Assembly (NCBI GenBank): GCA_041690355.1 | Contig: JAWLHK010000016.1 | Coordinates: 1-64,000 of the forward strand | Length of the DNA: 64,000 nt | Origin: a bacterium | GTDB lineage: Bacteria; J088; JAWLBW01 | Direction: 5' to 3' | Shown: piece after piece, positions 37,124-49,306 of the stretch | How positions within the stretch are numbered: the first letter of the stretch is position 1 | Layout of the letters: every line of letters begins with the position of its first letter | Notes under the pieces: generated by a model | The model's database searches: none | What the model was told of the DNA's origin: nothing | The model's input: the letters and a program-made list of their open reading frames with translations, nothing else | Made by a program: the position numbers and the translations under genes

Positions 37124-39839
37124 ACAGCTTCTCGACCTGCAGCAGACCCTGCGCAAACGCCAGACCGACCGCGCCGCCTTTGTCGCGCCGGATTACGCGA
37201 AGCTCCGTTTCAAACTGGGCACAAGCCTTGCCGAAACCCGGGTGCCGCTCGGGTTCTCGGCCGAGCTCGAGAAGACCCTCGACCTGGCGCCGCGTTCGCT
37301 GTACACGGCCGTCCTCATGCGCCACCGCAATGAACTGAGCCCGGCCGATCTCGACGCCGTACTGCTCGACACCTCGAGCATGGCCGTCCAGGATCTGCCT
37401 CCCGAGAGCTGGTATCTGGGCGACGTGCCGCACGACTCGGTCTTCTACCGGATCTTCACGCGCACGATGCGGCAGAACCGTCTGCTCGACGCCGCCCTGC
37501 TCTTCTGGTGGTTCGCCAAGGATCGCCCGGGCCGCCAGCTGCTGAACGACCTCAAGCTGTTTCTGCAGAAGCTCGCCCACGAAGAGAAGGAGCGCGGCAA
37601 CGGCGAAGAGACCGTGCGTCTCGGCATGACGGCCGTGATGCTGCGCTGGCACGCCTTCAAGAGCCCGATCAGCGAGAAGACGACCGGGCCGCTGATCCAG
37701 CAGGCCTACTCGGCCACTGCCGTCGTCCTCTACGAAACGCTGCGCGCCGTGCTGGAGGACCATTATGGAGCGCTCGGCATCAAGGACCGGCCGATGGGAG
37801 ACGACGCGGCGGTCTCGTATCAGGGCTTCATGGTCCCCTTCTCGCCGCTTGCCATCGCAACGGCGTCCCTGAAGATCACCGGTGACGCCGTGAACCCGTT
37901 CGGCATCTCGAACCGCACGGCCGACACGCTGGAACGCTTCTTTCCGCGCATGATCGAGCGCAGCACCCCCGTCGACGAAATCCAGCGTCAGATCGCCGCG
38001 AAGATCGCGGGCGACAAACAGGCCCCGGGCCTGATTCTTGCGGAAGTGCGCCGCCAGCGAATTCTGGAGGGCATCCTCCAGCTCGTTACGGCCATCAAGG
38101 CGGCCGACAAGGAGACCCCCGAAGCAAAGATTCTCGAGGAGCTGCACGCCATCCGCACGAACCCGGATGGCTTTCTGCCCGCGCTCGACGACAAGAAGCA
38201 GTTCAAGGACTGGTCGGAGAAGTGGAAGCGAATGAGCACCGTCGCGGCGCTGCGCCCGCAGCTCGACGCCTTTCACGATCTGGCCGCCGCGCTCGTCAAG
38301 CTGTCACCGGGGCTGCTCAGCGACAAAAAGGCGCTCGAGGCTGCCTTCGCCGAGCACGCGAAACGCTTCGTGCTGCTGCGGCATTCCGAAGCGTGGAACG
38401 AGGCCCTCGCCGGTACCGGCACGGCCTTTCAGCTTCTCGATTCAGGCGCGCTGGCCGAGGCCTGGGCGCAGGGGCGCGCCTACCGGCTGGGCTACGACGA
38501 GAAGCCGCTCCTGCAGGACTCCTTCGTCGCCTCGGAGGGACAGTTCTTCATCGACCTGAAGGACTTCACCAAGCGCACCTACAGCAGCAAGGAAGTCGCC
38601 ATGGCCGACTTCATGAAGCACGAGTTTTACGAGCCGATTCTCGCCGTCGCCAAGGAATACCAGGTTGGCATGCGGCACATCGATCGGTCGGGCATCTCGA
38701 TCAACAACCTGCTCGGCGATGCGGTCTCGGCGAGCGGCGACATGCTCTCGCTGTTCAACTTTTCAAAAGAACTCTTCGCCATTATCCGCGGCTACCGCGA
38801 AAAGCTGCGCGCCCGCATTCCCGAGGCGCTCGTGCGCGAGAAGGTTGCGGCGCTGCAGAAGCGGCATGACACGCAGCGCGCCGCGCTGCTGGCCGAGCGC
38901 AACCGGCTGCTCACGACCATTCAGAAGCTGACGGCCGACTACAAGGCCATGCCGGCGCAGGATCCGAAGCGCGCGGCCACGGGGGCCCAGCTGCGCGGCT
39001 ATCAGGAAAGCTTCGCCACGGTCGACCGGCAGGTCCGAGAACTCCAACTGGAATTCGCGGATGAGAAGGGGCTGCTCGAGGGAACCGGCCTCGAAGCCGG
39101 CGCCTACATTGCGTGGGGCACGGCCGCCGAAATGATCGTCTTCCGCGACGAGGTCTTCGGGCCGCTCAAGGTCGCCATCGGCGAGAAGATCAACGAGAGC
39201 GCCCGCGGCACGGCCCGCGACGGCGGCGTGCGCAGCCAGCTCGAACACGTACTCGCGCGCCAGCGCGTCGAGAAGAAGAATCCCTCGCTCGCGTACCCGT
39301 TCAGCGCCTATGTCGATGACAGCGTGCAGCTGGATCTGGAGCCTGACCTCGAGGACCTGCTGCGCAAAGCGATCGCCGCCAAGGACGCCGACGGCGTGAA
39401 GCGCATGGTGCAGAGCCTGAGCCAGCGGCTCGTCAACGACCTCGTGCCCGGCCTCAAGAAGAATCCGCCCGAATTCCGCACGCTGCGGCTCGGCAACGGC
39501 ATCTACAACCTCGGGCTCGCGCTGAGCGGCGATGCCGTCGATGCCCTGTGCAAGGCGGTCGAGGGGTCGCGGGCGGTCCAGCGCCGCACGCTCAAGGTCG
39601 AGGAGTTTCACCCCGAAATCGGGCGCCGCTTCGCCTTCCCGAAGCCGGCCTACGAGTTCGTGATTCTCAATGCCCCCGAAGCGGGCCAGCCCGCCGACGT
39701 CTTCGTCGCCCTGGGCTCGATGGTCTTCAAGGGGTTCGAGAAGATGGATCCCCAGACGATTTACGTCTATGCGGAACCGGAATCGGCCTTCTACCAGGCG
39801 TTCGCGAAGCACCACCTGGCCGAGCCGGCCGCCGGCTGA
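37107..39839 (+). CDS. 910-aa protein with a C-terminal class III nucleotide cyclase-like domain interrupted by helical inserts
   Basis: FFIDLKDFT, NLLGDA, GEKINESAR, LALSGDA; start overlaps the yvlD-like gene. Confidence 0.7.
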   Translation: MIETFEQLLDLQQTLRKRQTDRAAFVAPDYAKLRFKLGTSLAETRVPLGFSAELEKTLDLAPRSLYTAVLMRHRNELSPADLDAVLLDTSSMAVQDLPPESWYLGDVPHDSVFYRIFTRTMRQNRLLDAALLFWWFAKDRPGRQLLNDLKLFLQKLAHEEKERGNGEETVRLGMTAVMLRWHAFKSPISEKTTGPLIQQAYSATAVVLYETLRAVLEDHYGALGIKDRPMGDDAAVSYQGFMVPFSPLAIATASLKITGDAVNPFGISNRTADTLERFFPRMIERSTPVDEIQRQIAAKIAGDKQAPGLILAEVRRQRILEGILQLVTAIKAADKETPEAKILEELHAIRTNPDGFLPALDDKKQFKDWSEKWKRMSTVAALRPQLDAFHDLAAALVKLSPGLLSDKKALEAAFAEHAKRFVLLRHSEAWNEALAGTGTAFQLLDSGALAEAWAQGRAYRLGYDEKPLLQDSFVASEGQFFIDLKDFTKRTYSSKEVAMADFMKHEFYEPILAVAKEYQVGMRHIDRSGISINNLLGDAVSASGDMLSLFNFSKELFAIIRGYREKLRARIPEALVREKVAALQKRHDTQRAALLAERNRLLTTIQKLTADYKAMPAQDPKRAATGAQLRGYQESFATVDRQVRELQLEFADEKGLLEGTGLEAGAYIAWGTAAEMIVFRDEVFGPLKVAIGEKINESARGTARDGGVRSQLEHVLARQRVEKKNPSLAYPFSAYVDDSVQLDLEPDLEDLLRKAIAAKDADGVKRMVQSLSQRLVNDLVPGLKKNPPEFRTLRLGNGIYNLGLALSGDAVDALCKAVEGSRAVQRRTLKVEEFHPEIGRRFAFPKPAYEFVILNAPEAGQPADVFVALGSMVFKGFEKMDPQTIYVYAEPESAFYQAFAKHHLAEPAAG

Positions 39840-39883
39840 CCGGCGCCCGTCGCCGGACTTCCCCCAGGCGCGCCCGAAGCGCC

Positions 39884-40939
39884 TCAGGCCAGCGCGGGGA
39901 CGTACCGGCCGAACAGGCGCAGGTCGGCGAGCGAGGCGTGCCTTTGCAGGTTCTCGCGCACGTAGCCGAGCGTGCGGGGAATGTCGGCCAGGAACTTGGG
40001 GTTGCCCTTGACCTGGTCGATGTAATCGAAGCGGCCGGCCGCCTTCAGGTTGCGCTGCACGCTCACCAGATCGAACATCTCGCGGAACTCGTCGGCCCCC
40101 CACGTGCCGATGCCGGCATCGACGGCCCCCAGCCGGTAGCGCTCGACAAGGCGGTCGACGATGGGATCGCCCACCGCGATGTAGCTGTCGCGCAGCAGCG
40201 AGGCCAGGTCGTACGGGGCGGCCCCCGTCAAGGCGTCCTGGAAGTCAATCAGGTACAACCGGTCGTCCTGCAGCATCAGGTTCCGGCTGTGATAGTCGCG
40301 ATGCACGAGCACGGGGGTCATGGTTGCGATGCGCTCGCTCAGCCGGCGGAATGCGGCATCGAGGCGTTCCCGGTCGGCGGGGTCTACGACGATCCCCTTC
40401 TTCTCGATGGCGTATTCGAGAAAGTGGTGGAATTCCCAGTGGAACAGGTCGGCGTCGAAGCGGCGTCGGAACCCGAGAAAGTCCCCGGCCCCCGTCTCGC
40501 GCAGCCCGGCCCGCTGGAACGCGAGCAGCGTATCGACCGCCTCGGTGTAAAGCTTCTCCCGCCCCGCCTCATCGAGCGGCGTTGCCCGGTCGAGCAGGGT
40601 CTCATCCCCGAGGTCTGAAAGCAGCAGGATACCCTCGCGCACCCCGTCGTAAAACAGCTTCGGCGCAGGGAGCTCGTTCCGCTCCAGAAAACGCAGGACG
40701 TTGAGGAACGGCAACTCACGTATCTCATCGATATCACTGCCGATTTCCTCAGCCGACCGGTGCGGATCGTTGTCGGCGAGCACCATGGCGATGGCGCTGT
40801 TGCCGCCCCCCTGGATACGGTAGTAGGAGCGGTTCGAGGCGTCGCCGGGCAGGCGGATTACCGCCACGTCGGCAACGTCGGCGACAGTCGCGCGAAACAG
40901 GCTCTGCAGCCTCGATTCCAGGTCGGACACGGGGGTCAC
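39884..40939 (-). CDS. amgK: anomeric MurNAc/GlcNAc kinase (APH family)
   Basis: LPGDASNRSYYR, LSDLGD, HRDYHSRNLM, IDFQDA, YDLASLLRD, QRNLKAAG. Confidence 0.8.
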   Translation of the reverse strand: MTPVSDLESRLQSLFRATVADVADVAVIRLPGDASNRSYYRIQGGGNSAIAMVLADNDPHRSAEEIGSDIDEIRELPFLNVLRFLERNELPAPKLFYDGVREGILLLSDLGDETLLDRATPLDEAGREKLYTEAVDTLLAFQRAGLRETGAGDFLGFRRRFDADLFHWEFHHFLEYAIEKKGIVVDPADRERLDAAFRRLSERIATMTPVLVHRDYHSRNLMLQDDRLYLIDFQDALTGAAPYDLASLLRDSYIAVGDPIVDRLVERYRLGAVDAGIGTWGADEFREMFDLVSVQRNLKAAGRFDYIDQVKGNPKFLADIPRTLGYVRENLQRHASLADLRLFGRYVPALA

Positions 40940-41085
40940 AAGCGCTCTCCAACAGTAGCCGGAAGCCGGCGCGAATTCCCTTTGCGCAAGCGGCGTCCGG
41001 GAGTAGAATAATCTCTTCGCCGGCGGCGTAACGAACACATATTTTAACAGCCGCGGCGGCAGGACCCCAAGATGGCCGTGCCAAG

Positions 41086-41754
41086 ATGACTGTGACCGAT
41101 CTCGAGCGGCGCCTTTCGCGGAGAACGGGGCGACGCATCCGTATCGTGCTGACGAACAACCGGCACCATGTCCTGACGTACCGCCGGCACCGGAACGTTC
41201 CTGACGAACTGCGCCTCAGCCGCTTCTTTCTGCGGGCCGACGACGAGATTCTGCGCGCGCTCGCCGCGTTTCTGCTGGGAAGCCGCGCGGCGCATCTCAT
41301 TCTGCAGCGCTATGTCGACCGCGAGAACGAGCGCGTCCTGCGCCGCCGCGCGGCCCGCGGGCTTGCGGTGCAGACACAGGGCGAGACGCACGATCTGGAA
41401 CGCATCTTCAAGGACCTCAACCGGCGCTATTTCGGCCGCGCGGTGCGGGCGCACATCTCCTGGGGTCCGCGGCGTTCGACGCGAGGGCGCAAGAGCATCC
41501 AGCTCGGCGTCTACGACCGCGCCCAGCGCCTGATTCGCATCCATCCGGTCCTGGATCAGCCCCACGTGCCCCGGCATGTCGTCGAGAAGGTCGTCTTCCA
41601 CGAGATGCTGCACCACGTGCTCGACCGCCGGACGGCAACGGGAGAACGCCGCTGCCTGCACGGCCCCGAGTTTCTCGAACTCGAGCGCACCTATGAGCAT
41701 TTCACGCTGGCCGAGCGCTGGCTCACGCGCAATCTCGCGCGGATGGTCGCCTAG
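41086..41754 (+). CDS. SprT-like zinc metalloprotease
   Basis: LNRRYF, IRIHPVLD, HEMLH...HGPEF. Confidence 0.8.
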   Translation: MTVTDLERRLSRRTGRRIRIVLTNNRHHVLTYRRHRNVPDELRLSRFFLRADDEILRALAAFLLGSRAAHLILQRYVDRENERVLRRRAARGLAVQTQGETHDLERIFKDLNRRYFGRAVRAHISWGPRRSTRGRKSIQLGVYDRAQRLIRIHPVLDQPHVPRHVVEKVVFHEMLHHVLDRRTATGERRCLHGPEFLELERTYEHFTLAERWLTRNLARMVA

Positions 41755-41769
41755 CGCGCTGGCGCGCGC

Positions 41770-41867
41770 ATACCTGATTCCTGATTCTCAACAAAAAAGA
41801 ACAGCCGGGCGGATACCCGTGCCTATGTCCTTGCCGACTCAGGAATCAGGTATCAAGAATCAGGAAT
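41770..41867. repeat. inverted heptamer arrays around a hairpin core
   Basis: ATACCTG ATTCCTG ATTCTCA ... CAGGAAT CAGGTAT CAAGAAT CAGGAAT between convergent genes. Confidence 0.8.
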
Positions 41868-41885
41868 GACCCGCTCAACCGTGCC

Positions 41886-42509
41886 TCACGTGAAGCTCAG
41901 GGGGGGCTTGCCTTCGGCTTCGAGCGCGTACCGGCGGTAGGCGTCGAGGGTGTTCAGGTTGACGAAGGTCTTCAGATCGGGGTCGACGCGCAGCACCTTG
42001 TCTTCGCTGACTTCCTTGACCCGGATCTCGGGGAACAGCTTGGCAAGGTCGTATTCCTTGCGCGCCAGCAGGCGATCGACCGCGCGCAGCACGTCGCGGC
42101 GGAACAGGGCGGGCATCGGCACCAGCGTGCCGTCGATGCGGAATGCGACCGCCTGGACTTTCGGATCCCAGTTCTCGAGCAGCAGCTGGATGACCGCCGG
42201 TTTGATGAACGGCATGTCGCAGGCCAGCAGCAGCAGCCCCTCTTGCCGCAGCCCCAGCAGCGCCGTCTCGAACCCGGCAATCGGGCCGACGTCAGACCGC
42301 TGGTCCACGTCGAGCGGCACACCAAGATGCTTGTAGTCCTTGAGCACCGGCGCCACGATCTGCACGTCGTTCGTCAGCTCGCGGGCGCGATCGATGACGT
42401 GCATGACCATCGGACGATCGCCGATGGGCAGCAGGGCCTTGTCCTTGCCGCCGGCGCGGCGCGTGGGTCCGCCGGCCAGCACGGCGGCGGTAATCGAGGG
42501 CTGCGTCAT
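41886..42509 (-). CDS. mobA: molybdenum cofactor guanylyltransferase
   Basis: [33 protein letters not shown]. Confidence 0.88.
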   Translation of the reverse strand: MTQPSITAAVLAGGPTRRAGGKDKALLPIGDRPMVMHVIDRARELTNDVQIVAPVLKDYKHLGVPLDVDQRSDVGPIAGFETALLGLRQEGLLLLACDMPFIKPAVIQLLLENWDPKVQAVAFRIDGTLVPMPALFRRDVLRAVDRLLARKEYDLAKLFPEIRVKEVSEDKVLRVDPDLKTFVNLNTLDAYRRYALEAEGKPPLSFT

Positions 42510-43827
42510 GCTGCTTTCCTCATGAGCCAGGCAGAAAGGTCCTGCATCGCGCGGTCGGCCAGCGCCTGTTTGCGGCGGTCGCGGGGGAGTCGAACCGAGA
42601 GCGGTTCCATGATTCCGAAATTTGCGTTCATGGGCTGAAAATACCGGGGGTCGCTTTCTGTCAGGTGTCGAATCAGACCGCCGAGCGCGGTGGTCGCCGG
42701 CGGGGGCGCATAGTCTTCGCCGCGCAGCCGGGCCCAGACGGCCAGCGCAGCCAGCAATCCGCTTGCCGCCGATTCCACATACCCCTCGACGCCGGTGACC
42801 TGGCCGGCAAAGAAGATCCCTTCCGCGCCCTTCAGCTCCTGCGCCGGCGTCAGCAGGCGGGGCGCGTTCAGAAACGTATTGCGGTGCAGGCTCCCCAGCC
42901 GCACGAATTCCGCATTTTCGAGCCCCGGAATCATGCGGAAGATCCGTTTCTGCTCGGGATAGGTGAGCTTCGTCTGAAAGCCCACCAGATTCCACAGCTG
43001 CCCGTGCTTGTCTTCGCGCCGCAGCTGGACGACCGCATAGGGACGCTTGCCCGTGCGCGGATCCTCGAGCCCCACGGGCTTCATCGGCCCGAAGGCGAGC
43101 GTCAACGGACCCCGTTCGGCCATGTCTTCGATGGGCATGCAGCCTTCGAACGGGCGCAGATTTTCGAATTCCTTGTAGGCGACCTTCTGCCCGGCGAGCA
43201 GCTCCGCGACGAATGCCTCGTACTGCGCCTGGTCCATCGGGCAGTTGAGGTAATCGTCTCCGCCCCCTTTTCCGTAGCGGCTCGCCGCGAACACGATGTT
43301 GCGGTCGATGCTTTCGCCGTCGATGATGGGCGCGATGGCGTCATAAAACGCGAGCGTCTCGTCAGAGCCGAAGTGGCGCTGCAGATCGCCGGCGAGCGCA
43401 TCGGACGTGAGCGGACCCGTGGCCACGATGAGCGGCCGGTCTTCGGGGAGCGCCGTCACTTCACCGCGAACGAAGGTGACGTTGGGATGCGTTTCGAGGG
43501 CCTGGGTCACGGCCGCGCTGAAAACGTTGCGGTCGACGGCAAGCGCGCCGCCGGCGGGCACGGCGGCGCCGCGCCCCTGGGCGATGATCAGACTCTCGAG
43601 CCGCTCCATCTCGCGCTTGAGCAGTCCGATGGCCTGCGTCGGCTCGTCGCCGCGGAAGGAATTCGAGCAGACGAGTTCGGCGCACGCACCGCTNNNNNNN
43701 NNNTCTTGTGCGCGGGGGTCAGGCGAACAGGCCGCTGTTCGTGAACGGTCACCTGTACGCCGCGCCGCGCGAGCTGCCATGCGGCCTCGGAACCCGCGAG
43801 GCCTGCGCCGATGATTGCTGCTTTCAT
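42506..43827 (-). CDS. trmFO: tRNA (uracil-5)-methyltransferase, FADH2-dependent (split by an assembly gap)
   Basis: [47 protein letters not shown]. Confidence 0.95.
43694..43703. other. scaffold gap (10 N)
   Basis: Run of N inside trmFO. Confidence 1.
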
Positions 43828-44107
43828 TTGCCTTCAGAACACGAAGAAAAAAAGAGCGGGGACTCCAGCGAACCCCGCACAAACCCTGACTTAGTTTCGC
43901 TTGCTGAAAACGACGTTGTCAAGCGCGCACCCCCGCTGCGGATTGCGGGCAGCGACGCGCAACGAAATGGATTGTAACGACATGCGAAGGCATCCTCAAG
44001 CCGACCCCTGAAACGGCGCCCGGGCCCACGAAAAAGTCTGCCCCTTGCTCCCTGCCGCATGGTAGAATCAGAGCCATTGTCCAGATTCCAGATCCCGGAG
44101 GAACCGC

Positions 44108-45574
44108 ATGGAAACCAACGTCGCCGTACGCGTTGCCGAGCCCAGAACCGATGATGGCCAGATTCGCGAGGCGATTGTCGCCGCATTCCAGCGCCAGCAG
44201 GCCAACCGCTGGCGCGTTGCGAACACGACGCCCACCCAACGCATCGAAAAGCTGAAGCGCCTGCGCGAAGTCATTCTCCGGCGCAAGGATGAGCTGTTCC
44301 AGGCCATGTGGGCCGACTTTCACAAGCCGGCCGCCGAGGTCGAACTTACCGAACTGCAGACGGTGCTCACCGAAATCCAGCACGCCATCAAGCACGTGCG
44401 CAAGTGGATGAAGCCCACCGTCGTTTCGACGCCGCCGTGGCTGCTCGGCACGAAGGGCATGATCCGCTACGAGCCGAAGGGGGTCGTTCTGATCCTGGCG
44501 CCGTGGAACTATCCGTTCAATCTCTTCATCAACCCGCTCGTCGCCGCGGTGGCCGCGGGCAACTGCGCGATCATGCGCCCCTCAGACAAGGTCAAGCACA
44601 CGGCCGTGTTCATGAAGAGCCTCGTCGAAGAGGTTTTTCCCGCCGACGAAGTGGCCGTCTTCACGGGGCCCTCGTCGGTCGCGAACATCATGCTCGAGCT
44701 GCCGTTCGACCACGTCTTCTTCACCGGCAGCCCCAACGTCGGCAAGTCGGTCATGGCAGCCGCGGCCCAGCATCACGCCTCGGTGACCCTCGAACTGGGC
44801 GGGCAGTCACCGACGATCGTCGATGAAACCGCAAACGTGCGCGACGCGGCCGATCGCATCGTGTGGGGCAAGTTCGTGAATGCCGGTCAGACCTGCATCG
44901 CGCCCAATCATGTCTACGTCCATGAAAGCCGGCTCGCCGAGTTCGTCGAGGCGGCCCGCCAGGCCGTCGCCCGCAGCTACGGCGAGAGCGACGAGGCCCG
45001 CCAGCAGAGCCCCGACTTCTGCCGCATCGTCGATACGGGCAGCCACAAGCGCCTGACGAAGCTGCTCGAAGACGCCGTGCAGGCCGGGGCGAAAGTCGAA
45101 ACCGGCGGCAAGAGCGAGGCCGGCGAGCGTTACCTGGCGCCGACCCTGCTCACGAACGTGACCGAGACCAACCCGGCCATGGCCGACGAAATCTTCGGCC
45201 CCATTCTGCCGATTCTCGCCTACCGCAGCCTCGACGAGGTGCTCGCCGCCATCCACTCGCGCGGCAAGCCGCTGGCGATGTACATCTTCAGCAACAACCC
45301 GGCGAACATCGAAAAGCTGCTCAAGAACACCTCGGCCGGCGGCGGCGTCATCAACAACGTCCTGCTGCACCTGGCCAACGGCGACCTTCCCTTCGGCGGC
45401 ATCGGCAAGAGCGGCCTGGGAAACTATCACGGCCGGCATGGCTTCATCACCTTCTCGCACGAGCGCTCGACGCTCATCCAGAAGAAGCCGGCCCTGGCGA
45501 AGATGTTCTACCCGCCGTACACCGAAAAAGTCCGCAACATGATGGGCTTCATGACCAAGGTACTTTCGCGCTGA
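44108..45574 (+). CDS. aldehyde dehydrogenase (ALDH3/fatty-aldehyde type)
   Basis: PWNYP, FTGS, LELGGQSP, NAGQTC, EIFGP, PFGG. Confidence 0.95.
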   Translation: METNVAVRVAEPRTDDGQIREAIVAAFQRQQANRWRVANTTPTQRIEKLKRLREVILRRKDELFQAMWADFHKPAAEVELTELQTVLTEIQHAIKHVRKWMKPTVVSTPPWLLGTKGMIRYEPKGVVLILAPWNYPFNLFINPLVAAVAAGNCAIMRPSDKVKHTAVFMKSLVEEVFPADEVAVFTGPSSVANIMLELPFDHVFFTGSPNVGKSVMAAAAQHHASVTLELGGQSPTIVDETANVRDAADRIVWGKFVNAGQTCIAPNHVYVHESRLAEFVEAARQAVARSYGESDEARQQSPDFCRIVDTGSHKRLTKLLEDAVQAGAKVETGGKSEAGERYLAPTLLTNVTETNPAMADEIFGPILPILAYRSLDEVLAAIHSRGKPLAMYIFSNNPANIEKLLKNTSAGGGVINNVLLHLANGDLPFGGIGKSGLGNYHGRHGFITFSHERSTLIQKKPALAKMFYPPYTEKVRNMMGFMTKVLSR

Positions 45575-45645
45575 ACGAGCGCATAGTGTGTTTCGACGGC
45601 GGCCTCCGGGCCGCCGTCCTCTTTTCTGCCGACCGAGGACCTACC

Positions 45646-46449
45646 ATGGACACGACCGAAACTCCGGCTCCCCGACCCGCTTCGACGCTCGTTCTCCTGC
45701 GTGACGAACCGGAAGGATTCTCCGTCCTGCTCATGAAGCGCCCCTCGCGCAGCTCCTTCATGGCAGGCGTCCACGTGTTCCCCGGCGGCCGGGTCGAACC
45801 CGAGGATGCGGCCTGCCCCGGCCGCCTCCCCGCGCAGCTCGCCGCCCGCATGGGGCTCGCCGAGAACGAAGCCCGGGCCTACGTCAGCGCGGCGCTGCGC
45901 GAGACGTTCGAAGAGATGGGGGTTCTGCTCGGCGAGCGTGTTCCCCCTTTGGATTCCGCCAGGGCGCGGGCCGCCCTCGCCGGCGGAGAACTTCAGTGGA
46001 CCGCGTGGGAAGGGTCGGCGCTCGACGAGGAAATTTCGCTCGTTTATTTCGACCACTGGATTACGCCGCGCATCGAACCCAAGCGCTTCGACACCCGGTT
46101 CTTCGCGGCCCGGGTTCCCTCTGAAGTCCGTCCGGAACCGAACGCCGAGGCAATCGCCTGGGATTTCTTCACGCCGGCCGCCGCCCTGGCCGAAATGGAA
46201 GCGGGACACATCGCCCTGGCCCCGCCGACGCTCGTGACCCTCATGCGCCTGCGGGCCTATGCCTCGGCCGGCGAAGCGCTGCAAGGCCTCGGCACGCGCG
46301 ACGTCGGGCCGCTGGAGCCGCATCTGGCGGGGGGCGACCCGATCACGCTGGCGCTCCCGGGCCATCCGGCGCATCCGCTGACGGAGCGTAAACAGGATAA
46401 TCCGCTCGCCATGCGCATGCTCGACGGCGGCTGGGCGATCGACTGGTAA
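45646..46449 (+). CDS. Nudix hydrolase (NUDT19-like acyl-CoA diphosphatase type)
   Basis: PRPAST, VFPGG, RETFEE.G, HWITP, RFDTRFF. Confidence 0.85.
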   Translation: MDTTETPAPRPASTLVLLRDEPEGFSVLLMKRPSRSSFMAGVHVFPGGRVEPEDAACPGRLPAQLAARMGLAENEARAYVSAALRETFEEMGVLLGERVPPLDSARARAALAGGELQWTAWEGSALDEEISLVYFDHWITPRIEPKRFDTRFFAARVPSEVRPEPNAEAIAWDFFTPAAALAEMEAGHIALAPPTLVTLMRLRAYASAGEALQGLGTRDVGPLEPHLAGGDPITLALPGHPAHPLTERKQDNPLAMRMLDGGWAIDW

Positions 46450-46470
46450 TACGGGCGGGAAGCGGAATAA

Positions 46471-49096
<2,626 letters not shown>

Positions 49097-49170
49097 CCGG
49101 TGCGCGCGCATGCGGAGGACTTCGCCGCTTGACGCCGCGCCGGGGAGCCGGGTAGACTATGGTTTTTCAC

Positions 49171-49246
49171 GGGGCATTCGTCTAGTGGCCTAGGACGGGG
49201 CGTTCTCAGCGCTCAAACAGGGGTTCGACTCCCCTATGCCCTACCA
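49171..49246 (+). tRNA. tRNA-Glu (CTC)
   Basis: 76-nt cloverleaf; anticodon loop TTCTCAG; GGTTCGACTCC T-arm; encoded CCA; upstream TTGACG-18-TAGACT. Confidence 0.95.
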
Positions 49247-49254
49247 AGCCTTGG

Positions 49255-49283
49255 AAGGAGCGGCACGTACCGCTCCTTTTTTT
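49255..49283 (+). terminator. intrinsic terminator after the tRNA
   Basis: AAGGAGCGG-CACGTA-CCGCTCC followed by T7. Confidence 0.9.
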
Positions 49284-49306
49284 ATGATGCCAGCGCCGAT
49301 GCTGCC

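Noticed and set aside
41886-42509. MobA as the missing MurU for amgK
   Set aside because: Motifs (GGxDKALL, GPxAG, CDMP, NxNT) are MobA-type, and the gene is coupled to trmFO.
43588-43882. Apparent frameshift/pseudogene in trmFO
   Set aside because: The frame change coincides with the 10-N gap. Joining the flanks with a 1-nt overlap gives the in-frame [16 protein letters not shown] expected for TrmFO.
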